Source: Yuukianura sp. NJ FZ-2021
Taxonomy: Eukaryota
Direction of reading: 5' to 3'
DNA: 64,000 nt
Assembly: GCA_046563655.1 (NCBI GenBank)
Contig: CM102285.1
Span: 62,001-126,000 of the forward strand
In this document: one piece after another, positions 63,163-64,000 of the stretch
Position numbering within the stretch: position 1 is the stretch's first letter
Layout of the letters: every line of letters begins with the position of its first letter
Notes under the pieces: model-generated
What the model was told of the DNA's origin: nothing
The model's input: the letters and a program-made list of their open reading frames with translations, nothing else
Databases searched by the model: none
Program-made: the position numbers and the translations under genes

Positions 63163-64000
63163 ATGGAGATGCCAAAGATAGTGCTGGACAGGATACTGGT
63201 GTCACAAATTAGTAGCGAGGGTGTGGAGACCGTGACTCTGATAGAAACTGAAGCAGATGAAGTGCAGGAGTTTACCGAGGAAAGTACTGGCGATTTTGGG
63301 GAGCTTATTGCTGTCAATCCAGGAGAAGTCATCGAAGTCCATGAACATGAAGAAGAAGGAAACCAACAGGAAATCACAGATGAACTTCAACAGGAAGAGG
63401 AAATCACAGCTGAACTTCAACAGGAACAGGAAATCACAGATCAGCTTCAACAGGAGCAGGAAATCACAGATCAGCTTCAACAGGAACAGGAAATCACAGA
63501 CCACCTTCAACAGGAACAGGAAGAGCAGCACCTTGTCCAGGATTCTTTAGAAGTAATTGAACTGAGGAAGAGAGTTGAGCAATTAGAACAAGAAGTTGAC
63601 AATTTACATAATCAATTGAGACTCATGAAGAGGAAGATGCGCAGTTACGATCCAAATGCAGAGGGTTACCAAGAAGAACTGGAGAAAACTATTCTCAGAG
63701 TCCTGGATTCACAGCACTGGACAATGTCTAGACTAATACGTAAGAATATACAAAGGTTTCAACCAAGGTTACAACTTGTAACTTGGTCAATTTCAACTAG
63801 TTTTCATAATTTTTAACTTTATTTCTCTCATGCTCAGATCGAAGGCCTGGAAGACCTTCGAAGATAAGCAAGTTCAGTCCGGCACGGGGTCATCGAGGTC
63901 AAAAACGAACTGCAGAGTACATTTATTCTGAAGAAGAAGAAGACAAAGATGCTGGAATTGGAATGGTGGATGATGAATATGGTGACCCAACTTATCGATA
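63163..64000 (+). CDS. Unknown acidic coiled-coil protein, runs off the window end
   Basis: Glu/Gln-rich ORF with heptad segment LRKRVEQLEQEVDNLHNQL; probable intron near 63768-63837. Confidence 0.55.
63365..63522 (+). repeat. In-frame 30-bp repeat (QQEQEITDQL, about 5 copies)
   Basis: caacaggaacaggaaatcacagatcagctt variants in tandem. Confidence 0.85.

Overview
This is intron-containing, AT-rich animal DNA. It is arthropod-like, and a springtail (Collembola) origin is my inference only. Ordinary eukaryotic genes are present: Dopey-1, RpS18, a CRAL-TRIO protein, an acyl-CoA desaturase, a C2H2 zinc-finger protein, a divergent ionotropic receptor, two SIAH-like E3 ligases and MPG. They are interleaved with two tandem families of microbial-type enzymes. 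(1) At 0.5-19.6 kb there are seven class I (bacterial/fungal-type) terpene-synthase-fold genes. Three keep the DDxxE, NSE/DTE and RY motifs, four have lost them but keep open frames, and a lipid-carrier CRAL-TRIO gene sits among them. (2) At 29-49 kb there are four agmatine/peptidylarginine-deiminase-family genes with no coding introns: one cytosolic, two secreted, and one predicted membrane-anchored with a degenerate active site. Other notable items are a transposon-derived GC-AG intron at the DDxxE motif of a chimeric terpene synthase, an eIF2-alpha-kinase-like/ZZ/RCHY1 fusion gene, and a Transib-like element with CACAGTG termini. Exon boundaries were read by eye from splice signals and frame continuity. 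No database searches were run.
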